From an uncultured Victivallales bacterium (GTDB taxonomy: Bacteria > Verrucomicrobiota > Lentisphaeria > Victivallales > UBA1829), in assembly GCA_944389445.1 (NCBI GenBank), contig CALXMJ010000293.1, forward strand, positions 912-64,911: a DNA stretch of 64,000 nucleotides, read 5' to 3'. The translations under genes and the position numbers were made by a program. The notes beneath the pieces are model-generated. The model was not told where the DNA came from, did no database searches, and saw only the letters and a list, made by a program, of their open reading frames with translations. Positions 10,178 to 19,752 of the stretch are shown here, one piece after another. The stretch's first letter is position 1, and each line of letters opens with the position of its first letter.

Positions 10178-13100
10178 TTCTTTTTCTTCCGGATTACCGC
10201 AATGCTTTCCTGTGAAACTGTGCGCGGGAAGCCGTTTTTAAGAGAGATGTTTTTCCCATCGGGACCGGTCAGCGATACGACTTCGTATCCTTCCGGAAGA
10301 GTGAGACGGAAATCGCTGACCCCGTGGAAGAAAAAGAGAGCTCCGCCGGTATCGGAGATCCAGCTTGTCCCGAACGGTGTCTCCTGGATGAAGGGCATTC
10401 CTGTCTCCTTCAGCGCGGCGTTGACAGCCGGAAGAAGACGGAGAATCCGTTCGAGCATTTTTATCTCACCCGGAACATATTCGAAATTCAGAACGAGAGC
10501 ATCCAGAGTCACCGGGAAGAAGGTGTCGTACATGCTTGTCCGGAAGAAGTCGATCTCGTAGTTTGAACCGTTCGGCTGGGCCGCATGAAGATAGAAGATT
10601 TCGCCCGGCTTGTAGGTGGGATAACGGTTCTTGAGGAAAATATAGCCATCGACAACCAGCGGATTCATTCCCTCGGTCACGATCGAAGCGCCCCGGTCGT
10701 AGAAGAAGCGGAAAATCTCCATCTGCGGCCAGAAGCCGATTCTGCTTTCCGGGGTGGCGAAATTGACCGTTCCCGATGCGGCTCCCGCCATATCGTACCA
10801 GACGGTTCCGACTCCCGCTCGGATCATTTTGTCCACCATTCCCAGATACCAGTTTTGGAAACCTTTGTTGTCCATGTCCGCAACATGGAAGTGATTGAAA
10901 TACCTGTACAGTTTTCCCGTTTCGTCCTTGAGATACCAGTCGGGATGCTCAATGACGGTCCTGGTTTTTTCCGGAGAGTGACAGCATGGTGTCCACGGAT
11001 ACGCCCTCATTCCGTTGTCTTTCACCAGTTTGTATGAGCTCATGAATTCCGGTGAGTCAAACTGTTCCATGGGACTCGGACAGTAGGGCAGGGAGAAGAA
11101 ATGGAATCCCGCTTTTCCCGCCGCTTTGACGATCTGTTCGATTTCATCGTGAGTGCAGGTGTTCCGATAGGTTGCGGTCGGCATGGCAGCCATCTCGCGG
11201 AATCCCGCCCGGGCGCGGAGATGTTTCCGCTGGAACTGGTACATTGCCATCCATGCGTTTGTCGTTCCTGCGGACGCCGGGCCGAGGGTCTGCCAGAACC
11301 AGGCGGTTTCAAGCGGCGCTTTTTTCCGTCCGAACAGGAATGTAACGTTTCCGCTGACGTCCTGAGCGCCTTTTCCCATCGAGTACTGCACATCAATGGG
11401 GAAGGGAGTTTCCGTAAATTCGGAATAGACGCCTTTTTTTCCTTCCAGCCAGGAGAAGGGCTGTCCGGCGGAAAAGAAGCCCCAGGAACGGGTGTCGATC
11501 GTCTCTGCTCCGGAGATGTCGAATTCCTTGTATCCGCGCGGGGACTGATAACAGGCAAAACGGCGGAGACGCGTTCCATCGACCCCGATCCGGAATTGAA
11601 GTTTCATCGTGGAAACCAGTTCCGGGGCACGTTTCAGAATCATGCGCTGGGCAAAGCCGTGGAAGGGAAGACCGTTCAGATTCAGGCTTCCGCTTTTGAA
11701 TTCCCACTCGAGCGCGGCTCCGCTGGGGCTTTCCCAGGAGAGAACGGCTGTTTTTCCGCCCCGGATTCCGGTCAGTTTCCATTGGAAGTTCGCGTTCCGG
11801 CTTTCCTGATTCATCCCAACTGCTTCGGCGGTCGCGAGGGAATCGACGGCGTTGCTTTTTTTCGGATAGAAGATTTCCGGAGGACGGAGATCGCGCAGGA
11901 CAGGACTCTCCGACCCGGGAAAACGAACTTCGAGCGTTTCGTTCCCAACGGTGATCCGAACCCCGTTCCCGAATATGATTTCTCTGCCTTTCACCGTTGC
12001 GGAGGAGTCGGAATCCTTCAGCGCAAGTACAGGCGGTTTCAAGGCGAGGGATGCCTGTTTCAGGGTGGTCGGCGGATAATCCCGCTGCGGTTCCTGGATG
12101 GTTTTTTCGGGCGAAAGTTTTGCTCCGGAGAGTTCCGCCGTCAGACCGGTCAGCAGAGCCGGTGTGTACGCCCAGTTGAAAAGCTGGCGCGCTGTCTGGT
12201 GACGGCTGTACTGGGCGTTCAGGAACAGGACTTTTCCTTTGCCGTAATTCCGGATGGCGGCATACACGCCAACCGGTTTCCCCTCTTTGTTCAGAATTCT
12301 GGAAAGTACTTTTGCATCGTTTTTTGCGGAGGCTTCCCGGTAATCAAGGAAGATTTCCCACTTTTCCGGCAGAAGGGAGAAGTTCGATCCGGCAGGACGT
12401 TCTGCGAAAAGACCGTTCGAACGGACGGTTTTTCCCGGTACGACAGGCAGCAGGTCTCCGAGTGTTTCCGGCACATGAATGGTGACAAACAGATATCCTC
12501 CGTTTTTGACAAAGACTTTGAGTTTTTCTATCCGTTCCGGCGTGAAGATCCGTTGCTGATTTGCCGCGGGAATCCCGTTGACCGCCACGATCGCATAGGT
12601 ATTGAGACGTTCAAATTCCGGTGTGATGTAATCCAGCGCTTTCGGTTCGACTTTATCGGTGGGCGTCTGTTTGATGCTTGCGCCGCCCTCTCCGGCAAGG
12701 TAAACGCTGTTCAGAACAGTAACATCGGCTCCCGCGTTGATGAGAAAGCGCGCAAAGGCATTGCCCACCCAGGGACGGCCGCCGCTGAGCGCCAGCATTT
12801 TCACTCCCCCTGCTTTGGATTTCGGACGCGGAAAGATACCTTCCAGTTTCCGCTCCAGTGCGCGGCGGTCCACTGCTTTCGGCGGATTGCCGGGTTGATA
12901 CGCGGAATCATCGGTCAGAACGATCCGGTCGATCCGGGAATAGTGTGAGTTAGCCTTGAGAAGAATGGAATTCTCACCTTTTTTCACATCGACCATGTCA
13001 GATGCTTTTTCCCAGCGCCAGCCGGGTTTTTCCCCTGATTTGAGTTTGGCATCGCCGAATGTCCCGACATTTTCCCCGTTGATCGAAATCTGTATTTTCC

Positions 13101-13350
13101 GGAAATTGCCCCCATGAGTCATGCTGCGGACCCAGAGGAACAGTTTCTGCTCTTTCGGCGAGGAGAATCTCTCCGATGCCTGCGCCCCGATTTTCGATCC
13201 GATCAGAAACGCTCCGCCGAATGTATCGCCATTCTGAACTTTCCACGCTCCGCGATCCGATATTTGTTCCGCTTCCAGTGCAATTTCCGCAGCGGAAAGA
13301 GTGAATACTCCCAATGCCGCACATAGAAAACCTGCCCGATGCCAATTCAT
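10174..13350 (-). CDS. secreted multidomain protein (1058 aa) with N-terminal beta-sandwich sugar-binding-like module and possible GATase1/ThuA-like middle domain
   Basis: Signal [22 protein letters not shown]. Residues ~22-160 (ALEAEQISDRGAWKV...LWVRS...ISINGE...WRWEKA...IVLTDD) are homologous to the N-terminus of the FAD oxidoreductase at 38020..39954. ATGA overlaps at both ends. Confidence 0.7.
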   Translation of the reverse strand: MNWHRAGFLCAALGVFTLSAAEIALEAEQISDRGAWKVQNGDTFGGAFLIGSKIGAQASERFSSPKEQKLFLWVRSMTHGGNFRKIQISINGENVGTFGDAKLKSGEKPGWRWEKASDMVDVKKGENSILLKANSHYSRIDRIVLTDDSAYQPGNPPKAVDRRALERKLEGIFPRPKSKAGGVKMLALSGGRPWVGNAFARFLINAGADVTVLNSVYLAGEGGASIKQTPTDKVEPKALDYITPEFERLNTYAIVAVNGIPAANQQRIFTPERIEKLKVFVKNGGYLFVTIHVPETLGDLLPVVPGKTVRSNGLFAERPAGSNFSLLPEKWEIFLDYREASAKNDAKVLSRILNKEGKPVGVYAAIRNYGKGKVLFLNAQYSRHQTARQLFNWAYTPALLTGLTAELSGAKLSPEKTIQEPQRDYPPTTLKQASLALKPPVLALKDSDSSATVKGREIIFGNGVRITVGNETLEVRFPGSESPVLRDLRPPEIFYPKKSNAVDSLATAEAVGMNQESRNANFQWKLTGIRGGKTAVLSWESPSGAALEWEFKSGSLNLNGLPFHGFAQRMILKRAPELVSTMKLQFRIGVDGTRLRRFACYQSPRGYKEFDISGAETIDTRSWGFFSAGQPFSWLEGKKGVYSEFTETPFPIDVQYSMGKGAQDVSGNVTFLFGRKKAPLETAWFWQTLGPASAGTTNAWMAMYQFQRKHLRARAGFREMAAMPTATYRNTCTHDEIEQIVKAAGKAGFHFFSLPYCPSPMEQFDSPEFMSSYKLVKDNGMRAYPWTPCCHSPEKTRTVIEHPDWYLKDETGKLYRYFNHFHVADMDNKGFQNWYLGMVDKMIRAGVGTVWYDMAGAASGTVNFATPESRIGFWPQMEIFRFFYDRGASIVTEGMNPLVVDGYIFLKNRYPTYKPGEIFYLHAAQPNGSNYEIDFFRTSMYDTFFPVTLDALVLNFEYVPGEIKMLERILRLLPAVNAALKETGMPFIQETPFGTSWISDTGGALFFFHGVSDFRLTLPEGYEVVSLTGPDGKNISLKNGFPRTVSQESIAVIRKKKK

Positions 13351-14375
13351 CTTAAGACTCCTTCTGCCGGTTCAACCAGCATTTTTCTGATTTGTTGAAT
13401 TTCCCTGTTGGAAACACCGCATTCCCGAAGAAAACAGACAGCCTTGCCGGATTCGGTTTTCGCATGGAATGAGTTCCATTTCTCCTGAAACGCTTCCCAT
13501 TTCATTCGGCTCCGTTCCTCGAATATGGCGAACGAGGTGATTTCGTAATCCCGGATCCGATCCGTTTTCGAGACGCCGAGAAGAGTTTCCAGAAGATAGA
13601 CAACCGTTCCGGTCCTGTCGGCGCCGCCCCAGCAGTGTAGATAGACCGGGTAAATCCTCGGATCCGCCAGAAAAGAAAACAGCCGTCCGCAACACCTCAT
13701 CTGATCCTTTGTCAGGATCTCCTCATACGACAGAAGCGGGAACGCAAATCGCCGGATTCCAGCCTTTTCCAGCGGAGAGCGGTATCCCTCCGGATTTTTA
13801 CGGAGATCCAGTTCCGTTTTGATATGAAGAAAATCCTTCAGGACGCGGATGCCCTCAGGACCGGTATTCATGTGATCGTCCAGTTCCGAACCGCGGAATA
13901 TCATATCCTGCCGGATGCGTCCGCCGCGAAGCGTTTTCCAGCCGCCGAGATCCCGGATGTTCGACAGTCCCGCGGCGGCAATCCAGCGGGGCGGCTGCGG
14001 AGAGGTGGAAAAAGTCGAGATCCCCGAAATCCCGTTTGCAGACCGAACCCGCCAGTAATAGGTCCTGCCCGGATTCAGATTCTGAATGGGGGCCGAGAGC
14101 CCCTCTTTCATCGGCCGGGAAATAAATTCGGAGAAATCCCTCGTCTTCGAAAGTTCCAGAGTGCCGGAAGATGCATTTCCCGGTATTCCGGCTCTGATCC
14201 GCAGCGGAAGCGGCGTGGAGAGATCCTGAATCCCCCGTTTCAAATCCTTCCAGTCTGCTTCTTTCTTCCGGAGCTTCAGGAATGCTTTGTGTTCTGGGCG
14301 CAGAAGTTCCACAAAAGTATTTGAAGATTCAATAATGGTTTCTTCCGGACAATTCACGGCCGCTCTCCTGGTCAC
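13347..14375 (-). CDS. protein-tyrosine-phosphatase-like CX5R phosphatase (Y_phosphatase3-like) with Fn3-like N-terminal region
   Basis: [10 protein letters not shown] is the HCX5R(S/T) P-loop, and NIRDLGGW is a family hallmark. [13 protein letters not shown] is an Fn3-like strand. No signal peptide. GTG start overlapping the upstream stop (GTGA at 14372-14375). Confidence 0.8.
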   Translation of the reverse strand: MTRRAAVNCPEETIIESSNTFVELLRPEHKAFLKLRKKEADWKDLKRGIQDLSTPLPLRIRAGIPGNASSGTLELSKTRDFSEFISRPMKEGLSAPIQNLNPGRTYYWRVRSANGISGISTFSTSPQPPRWIAAAGLSNIRDLGGWKTLRGGRIRQDMIFRGSELDDHMNTGPEGIRVLKDFLHIKTELDLRKNPEGYRSPLEKAGIRRFAFPLLSYEEILTKDQMRCCGRLFSFLADPRIYPVYLHCWGGADRTGTVVYLLETLLGVSKTDRIRDYEITSFAIFEERSRMKWEAFQEKWNSFHAKTESGKAVCFLRECGVSNREIQQIRKMLVEPAEGVLR

Positions 14376-15181
14376 TCCTTCACTCCGAACCAGAGTTTTT
14401 TATGCCGGACTCCGTATCCCCCTCCGCCTGCCGATGCGACACGTTCGTTTCTCATCTCCGCATGTCCGTCTCCATGTCCCGCGCCCCATGTCCAGCCGGG
14501 ATGAACAGGAGATGTATGATCTTCCGAGCTGTTCTGCGAGTTGTTCTGGACTGAGATGTCGGCAAACAGAATCGTTTTGGCGGGAGATGTGCCATCCTGA
14601 CTGAGAGTTTTCAATTTTTTCGGAGGGACCGTTGTTCCTCCGAACAGACGGTCCAGATTCGGATGAGTGCTGTCTTCCGCTGTGAACTGATTGAGCTGGC
14701 ACCAGCGCATCTGTTCGTTGGTCCGATTCCTTTCAAAGTAGGTGCGCTTTCCGGGACACGACCAGATGTTGTTGAAATCATTTTTATAAGGATTTTTCGT
14801 GTAGGATCCGCGCAGATAAGCCTTGTCCAGAACCAGAATGATTCCTCGGTTTTTCGCGTCCCAGTTCGCAACGTCGTTGCCGACATACGGATGGGATTCC
14901 ATGGTGTAGTTGCAGAATGGCATCCATTCGTCTCCATCGGTGAAGTATTGCTGCATCGCCGTTCCGATCTGCTTCCAGTTGCTGAGACAAGTAACCGAGA
15001 ATGCCTTTTCCCGCGCCGAATTCAGCGCGGGAAGAAGTATCGCAGCAAGAATTGCAATTATAGCAATAACGACTAGAAGCTCTATCATTGTAAAAATGCA
15101 AGTATCTGTTTTTTCCCTTCCGGGTGGAGAGAATTTTTCCGGAAGCTTCCGGCTCCTGCTGATTTTTGTGACAGTATCCAT
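14372..15181 (-). CDS. pseudopilin-like protein, prepilin-type N-terminal helix (DUF1559-type)
   Basis: [31 protein letters not shown], then CLSNWKQIG. The C-terminal [14 protein letters not shown] is only an approximate H-X9/10-DG. Start placed at the ATG at 15181 (GGAGAG RBS 6 nt upstream). The track start at 15229 would overlap the isomerase stop by 11 nt. Confidence 0.85.
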   Translation of the reverse strand: MDTVTKISRSRKLPEKFSPPGREKTDTCIFTMIELLVVIAIIAILAAILLPALNSAREKAFSVTCLSNWKQIGTAMQQYFTDGDEWMPFCNYTMESHPYVGNDVANWDAKNRGIILVLDKAYLRGSYTKNPYKNDFNNIWSCPGKRTYFERNRTNEQMRWCQLNQFTAEDSTHPNLDRLFGGTTVPPKKLKTLSQDGTSPAKTILFADISVQNNSQNSSEDHTSPVHPGWTWGAGHGDGHAEMRNERVASAGGGGYGVRHKKLWFGVKE

Positions 15182-15218
15182 TGCCTGCTCTCCATTTGCA
15201 AATGCGATTTTGTTCAGA

Positions 15219-16064
15219 TTAAAGTACATGATCCCTGGCGTATTCCAGATTATGTTTCATGCCGACTTCCGGTTCGGGGAGTTCTTTGGGGTACCAGTAC
15301 TTTTCATATTCATCACTGATGTATCCCGTGTAGCCGATGCGTTTGAGTTCGGCGAGGACCTCTTCCCAGGCAACCGTTCCTTCTCCCATCAGGCAGGAAG
15401 TTTTCTTGACCGGCAGACGGTTTTCAAGTTTCCAGTCCTTGATGTGAACGTGGAAGATGTAGCGTGCCGCACGCCGGACCGCCTCCGCCCCGAACTCGAC
15501 TCCGGCAAGTTCCACCCAGGCATAATCGAAGAGAATTCCCACGTTGTGCATGTTGACATCTTCCACCAGGCGGACAACATCCCGGATGCTCATGGTCAGC
15601 GAGCCGATATGAGTCTCAATGCAGATCCGCACGCCGAATTTTGCCGCGTATTCCGCCGTTTCCCGGATTCCTGTGACCGTACGGGTCCATACGTCGTTGA
15701 ACCAGACGCCCGGCTGGCTGTTCGGTTCCACTCCGCCATAAACTCGGACCATGGGACAGTCGAGAATCGAGGCAATTTCAATGACTCTTTTCAACTTAGC
15801 TATCACATCTTCCCGTTTTTCCAAATCGATAAAATTCTGATAATACGAGGTAAGGCAGGAGAATTCCATATCCGCATTCTTTGCTTCCCGATGGATGGCT
15901 TCGGCTTCCTCGTCCGTCAGGGTTTCGCTGTTGATCTGACCGTCCGGTGCGACACGGACCTCGATCCCGTCGTAGCCAATCGTCTTGAAGAGTTTGATGA
16001 CCTCGTGAATGTCGCGCCCGGGAGCGCCCATCGTGTGACCCGAAAATTTGATTCGGCTGTTCAT
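15219..16064 (-). CDS. sugar phosphate isomerase/epimerase (xylose-isomerase-like TIM barrel)
   Basis: Typical family strings: [27 protein letters not shown]. Start placed at the ATG at 16064 (MNSRIKF) with an AAGGA RBS. Confidence 0.85.
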   Translation of the reverse strand: MNSRIKFSGHTMGAPGRDIHEVIKLFKTIGYDGIEVRVAPDGQINSETLTDEEAEAIHREAKNADMEFSCLTSYYQNFIDLEKREDVIAKLKRVIEIASILDCPMVRVYGGVEPNSQPGVWFNDVWTRTVTGIRETAEYAAKFGVRICIETHIGSLTMSIRDVVRLVEDVNMHNVGILFDYAWVELAGVEFGAEAVRRAARYIFHVHIKDWKLENRLPVKKTSCLMGEGTVAWEEVLAELKRIGYTGYISDEYEKYWYPKELPEPEVGMKHNLEYARDHVL

Positions 16065-16105
16065 GATTTTTCCTTTCCATATTGGATTATTCTGAGGGAA
16101 ATTTC

Positions 16106-17113
16106 TCACATGACCATGGAATTTCCCGAAATGGTTTCGGAAAGAACCTGTCGGCTTTGCGGGTGTTCACCGTTTTTCAGCTCCAGGCAAATCCGGATGG
16201 CTTCACGCGTCATCTCTTCAAGATGGGAATCCGTTGTCGTCAGTTCTTTTGCCAGAAGCGGTTCGATCATACTGTGACGGTCGTATGCGGCAATTCCTAC
16301 TTCCGAAGGAACCACGATCCCGTGCCGCAGCGCCTGCGCAAGAAGTTCCGCCGCCGGTTGATACTGACTCAGAAAACAGGCGGTGCGCCTGCCATGCAGT
16401 GTCGTCCATAAATATTCCGCATCCGGCGACAGAATCGAACGGGGCAGTTCCATTCGGACGATCTGTTCGCTTCCTGCGGCGGATTTCAACCCTTCCAGAT
16501 AACCTATCGTACGCATGCGTTCCAGACGGGACATTTCCGGATGTGTGACTACCAGATACCGGTCATAGTAATTCCGCGCGGCAACCTTTGACGCCAGACG
16601 GAATGCTGCATCCTCATCATCCCCGTAAACACAGGGAAAGCCGTTTACATTCCGGTTCAGAAATACAACATTATGGAATTTCTCATGATTCCTGATGCAG
16701 TAGGATTCGCTGTCCTCATTCGAACCCATCACCAGAACGGCATCGAATTTTTTACACTTCGATCCGCGCAGAACCTTGCGGAATTCCACGTTGCGGTACA
16801 TTTCATAAGAAATTTTCAGCTTATGGGTCCGGCACATTTCTTCCACCGCCGCGCTGACCCGCACCATAAAATCCGAAAACTGCGCATGCAGCCACGGCGT
16901 AAGCAAAAGGATGGACGCAATATCGTTTTTCTTCTCCGAAAGCAGGACCGCCGCCTGATCCACTGTGTAATTCAGCCGCTTTACCGTATCCAGAACTTTG
17001 GCAGCTGTTTTTGCCGAAATCCCGAAGGTGGACTGGCGGTTGTTCAGGACATAAGAGACCGTTGCTTTGGAAACCCCGCTCTCCCGGGCAACATCATCCA
17101 TCGTAATTTTCAT
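16106..17113 (-). CDS. LacI family transcriptional regulator
   Basis: N-terminal HTH MKITMDDVARESGVSKATVSYVLNN plus a periplasmic-binding-protein-like core. The alternative GTG start at 17140 cannot be excluded. Confidence 0.9.
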   Translation of the reverse strand: MKITMDDVARESGVSKATVSYVLNNRQSTFGISAKTAAKVLDTVKRLNYTVDQAAVLLSEKKNDIASILLLTPWLHAQFSDFMVRVSAAVEEMCRTHKLKISYEMYRNVEFRKVLRGSKCKKFDAVLVMGSNEDSESYCIRNHEKFHNVVFLNRNVNGFPCVYGDDEDAAFRLASKVAARNYYDRYLVVTHPEMSRLERMRTIGYLEGLKSAAGSEQIVRMELPRSILSPDAEYLWTTLHGRRTACFLSQYQPAAELLAQALRHGIVVPSEVGIAAYDRHSMIEPLLAKELTTTDSHLEEMTREAIRICLELKNGEHPQSRQVLSETISGNSMVM

Positions 17114-17160
17114 TGCTGCTTTTTCTCTTTTTTTGTTCACGTTAACCGGTTCTTGTTTAA

Positions 17161-17189
17161 ATTATAATCGATTTTCTCTCATTTGTCAA
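17161..17189 (-). promoter_or_regulatory. sigma70-type promoter TTGACA-N17-TATAAT for the LacI-led operon, with CG-centred near-palindrome in the spacer
   Basis: The minus strand reads TTGACAaatgagagaaaatcgatTATAAT, with perfect -35 and -10 hexamers and a 17-nt spacer. AATCGATT (17167-17174) abuts the -10 and could be a LacI-type operator half-site pair. Confidence 0.6.
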
Positions 17190-17769
17190 TAGGGGAAGTC
17201 AAAAAAAATATTATTTTTGCCGACAAAGATTTCAAAGGTCATTGCCTCAGACAGGAGGATAACGGTCCGCATGGAAGAAGAAAAGAGTTGTGTGGAATAT
17301 AACATCTTTATTGTAAATATCTTGTGAATCCTTTTCCGAATGCCCGCATCTGCCCGGAGCCCAAAACGGGGAGAAGCAAAGGAACTCCCCCGCGTGTTCT
17401 GCTCTTTCTGAGAAAACCGCCTTTCGTTTTTTCGGAACTTCCTGATTGCTTCCAGGGAGGGAGGAGGGATTGAGGTTCGCTCATTGTTCCTTGTCTGAAG
17501 ATTGTCCCATTGTAAAAATCCGGAAGGTGTTATGAAAAGAATCCTTGACCGCCGCTCAATTTTGATTATGATGCAGAATTTTGATTTGTATTCAGAATTT
17601 TCTTATGCTATTTTACTTCGCAGGAGAGGATCGGATGCGATGCCGCATCTGTTTTTCTGTCCATGATTCCGCTAGAGAAGATGCCAGCTGTTTTTTCGAT
17701 AAAACAGAAGCATTGATTTCTTCTCCGAGGAGAGATCGTTTCAATGTTCGAAAAACAAGGATTTTTCCC

Positions 17770-19548
17770 ATGAAATTCAGATTTTTCTTTCTCTTGATTT
17801 CCTACGCTGTTTTTTCCGGATTTTTTCTTGTCTCCGCGATTGCCGCGGATGCTTCGGGAGACCGTTTTGCATGGCTGGACATCAGCAGGATTTCAGATCG
17901 GTCCGATCTTGAAGCGGTCACTCTCGGGAAGGAATGGCAATTCGTACCGGGAAAACCCGGAAGCTCCTGGATGACTGCTTTTCAGAAGGGAATTCCATTT
18001 TCTTTAAACGGGTCGCTTGTCAATCTTGACACCTTGTCCAGTCAAAAATTCCCGCGGGGATCCGAGGCCGTGCTCTACAACCATTTTCATTCGGAACGTG
18101 ATGGAATCGCCCAGCTTGGAATCGGGTGCGACTGGTGGTTCGAAGTGTATTCCAACGGCGTTTTCTGTACTTCCACCATGAAATCCGGGAATGGTACCAA
18201 TGATTATTTACCGGGAAACAATCCTTTTTTTCTACCGGTCAGGAAAGGGGAAAATCTGCTGGCAGTCCGTGTTCGGCGCGGTTTAGAGAGCTGGAAGTTT
18301 GCCTGCGGAACCGTTCCATTTGTCATTCCGGAGCTGCCGCTGCTGCGCTATGGTCCATGGCTCGGAAATCCGGATACGGGAAAAATGAGTATCCGTTTCG
18401 TCACCTGCGGTGATATCGGGGCGGGCGTGGAGTTTCGCAAGCGGGGCGGAAGGGACTGGCAGATTTGCTGGGATCATTTTCATGGACAGATTCTCCGCCG
18501 GCCGTTTCATCGGCTCCATCTTTCCGGGCTGGAAGAAGGGGCCGAGTATGAATATCGGATTGTCATGCTTGATCCGCAGGCGCCGGAGAAACGTGTCTAT
18601 GCGAAAAACGGGAAAATCCATACTTTCCGGGTTCCGGACCGGCAGCGGAACGATTTCAGTTTCTTTTTCACCGCCGATCTGCAGTTTCCTTTTGCGCGTC
18701 AGAAACAGCTGCTGGGACTTCTGCTGAAAGCTGCGGATGCGTCTGATTGCGATTTCTATGTCCTGGGTGGTGATATCGGCAATGAGTTTTCCTCCGAAAA
18801 TCTTTTCCGCGGAGTGCTGACTCAGATTTCGCAGTTCAGCGGTGGCGATCGCCCGATTGTCATGCTGCGGGGAAACCATGAACTCCGTGGGAAAGAAGCG
18901 GATCGTTATCTTTATTATTTCGGAAATGAGGATGGCGTTTCGTATGGGATTTTCCGCTTCGGGGATACGGCATTTCTCCTTCTGGATTGCTGGGAGGATA
19001 AACCTGCAGAGAGTCCGGGAGCCATTTATGTAAAATACAATCTGGACACATTTTTCCTGGACAGGGAAAAAGAGTTTCTGAAAAAGGCCCTTGCCTCGGA
19101 AAAATGGACGACCGCGTCCCGCCGGATTGTGCTGGCGCACGGCGCACCTTACTCCACCTTTGATGCCTGCAGGTGGATGCCGTTCAATCTTCAGAAGCTC
19201 ACCGATCCTTATTTTGCAGGAAAGAATCCGAAATCCCGCCTGAACCTCTGGCTTGCCGGACATGCCCACCGTTATACCCGCAGCATTCCCGGCACGAATC
19301 TCCTCGCTGCCCCGCCCAATCCCCGGAAACCACACAAGGGCGGCAGAGAATATCTATATCCGGTTCTGACTGTGGCCGGGCCGGGCGGTCATACGTCCAT
19401 GCCGGTCTCCGCATTCCGCGTTGATGCCCGGGCGGGAAAACTGATCGTCAGCGCCTTCAGCCCCGATGGGAAATGTTTTGAAAAAATCGAAATCAGCAGT
19501 GACGGACGTATTGCCGAACTCATTTCTCTTCCCCATCATGAATTCTGA
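17770..19548 (+). CDS. secreted metallophosphoesterase, purple-acid-phosphatase-like
   Basis: Signal MKFRFFFLLISYAVFSGFFLVSAIAA. PAP-type Fn3 region (MSIRFVT...GAEYEYRIV). Calcineurin-like motifs: GGDIGNE, RGNHE, GHAHRY. Start moved from 17581 to the ATG at 17770. Confidence 0.85.
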   Translation: MKFRFFFLLISYAVFSGFFLVSAIAADASGDRFAWLDISRISDRSDLEAVTLGKEWQFVPGKPGSSWMTAFQKGIPFSLNGSLVNLDTLSSQKFPRGSEAVLYNHFHSERDGIAQLGIGCDWWFEVYSNGVFCTSTMKSGNGTNDYLPGNNPFFLPVRKGENLLAVRVRRGLESWKFACGTVPFVIPELPLLRYGPWLGNPDTGKMSIRFVTCGDIGAGVEFRKRGGRDWQICWDHFHGQILRRPFHRLHLSGLEEGAEYEYRIVMLDPQAPEKRVYAKNGKIHTFRVPDRQRNDFSFFFTADLQFPFARQKQLLGLLLKAADASDCDFYVLGGDIGNEFSSENLFRGVLTQISQFSGGDRPIVMLRGNHELRGKEADRYLYYFGNEDGVSYGIFRFGDTAFLLLDCWEDKPAESPGAIYVKYNLDTFFLDREKEFLKKALASEKWTTASRRIVLAHGAPYSTFDACRWMPFNLQKLTDPYFAGKNPKSRLNLWLAGHAHRYTRSIPGTNLLAAPPNPRKPHKGGREYLYPVLTVAGPGGHTSMPVSAFRVDARAGKLIVSAFSPDGKCFEKIEISSDGRIAELISLPHHEF

Positions 19549-19596
19549 AACGCTTCTCAATCCGCGGAGTTTTCAAAAAGGTGAATCAATAAAGTG

Positions 19597-19752
19597 ATGA
19601 GCGTGATGCTCTCTCTTGCCGGATTCCGCCGAAAAATCGACTTTGGCAACATCTGCAACGAGCTCTCCGTTTCCGATACAACTGTGCAGGTGCGCCTGAA
19701 TCGGAACGCTCTCGGAATGCGGGAGTTCTTTTTTCAGATTTCCCCGCGCTGA
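19597..19752 (+). pseudogene. 51-codon ORF resembling the C-terminal HTH (region 4-like) of a sigma factor/LuxR-type protein; probable remnant
   Basis: MSVMLSLAGFRRKIDFGNICNELSVSDTTVQVRLNRNALGMREFF fits the pattern I..EL.(V/I)S..TV..RL.R....LRE. In-frame stops lie immediately upstream, and its 3' end overlaps the convergent AraC stop. It is below the track length cut-off. Confidence 0.3.

Noticed and set aside
8924-16277. Plus-strand ORFs 8924..10561 (545 aa), 11101..12948 (615 aa) and 14910..16277 (455 aa).
   Set aside because: They lie opposite the tightly coupled minus-strand operon. They have Arg/Phe-rich composition, no signal peptides or motifs, and they cross gene boundaries of the real operon.
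17581-17769. Upstream extensions of several track ORFs: 17581-17769, 8757-8906, 55929-56054, 54134-54190, 43449-43625, 53962-54057, 20616-20759 and 20937-21104.
   Set aside because: In each case an internal ATG with a purine-rich RBS begins the recognisable domain or signal peptide, and the extension runs through promoter or intergenic sequence.
17190-17769. Long non-coding gaps (17190-17769, 20616-21104, 62903-63459) inspected for tRNA, riboswitch, sRNA, CRISPR or IS ends.
   Set aside because: I found no cloverleaf-compatible segments, no tandem or spaced repeats, no terminal inverted repeats and no conserved riboswitch cores. Only isolated short hairpins are present, for example GGGGAG...CTCCCC at ~17367-17390. 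They most likely hold divergent promoter/operator regions.
13347-19548. Idea that the CX5R phosphatase is a PTP-like phytase feeding a myo-inositol pathway (Gfo/Idh/MocA as inositol dehydrogenase, TIM barrel as IolE/IolI).
   Set aside because: The idea is attractive, but no other iol genes (iolB, iolC, iolD, iolJ) and no inositol transporter are present. The P-loop sequence alone cannot assign a substrate. It is kept only as a possibility under the phosphatase finding.
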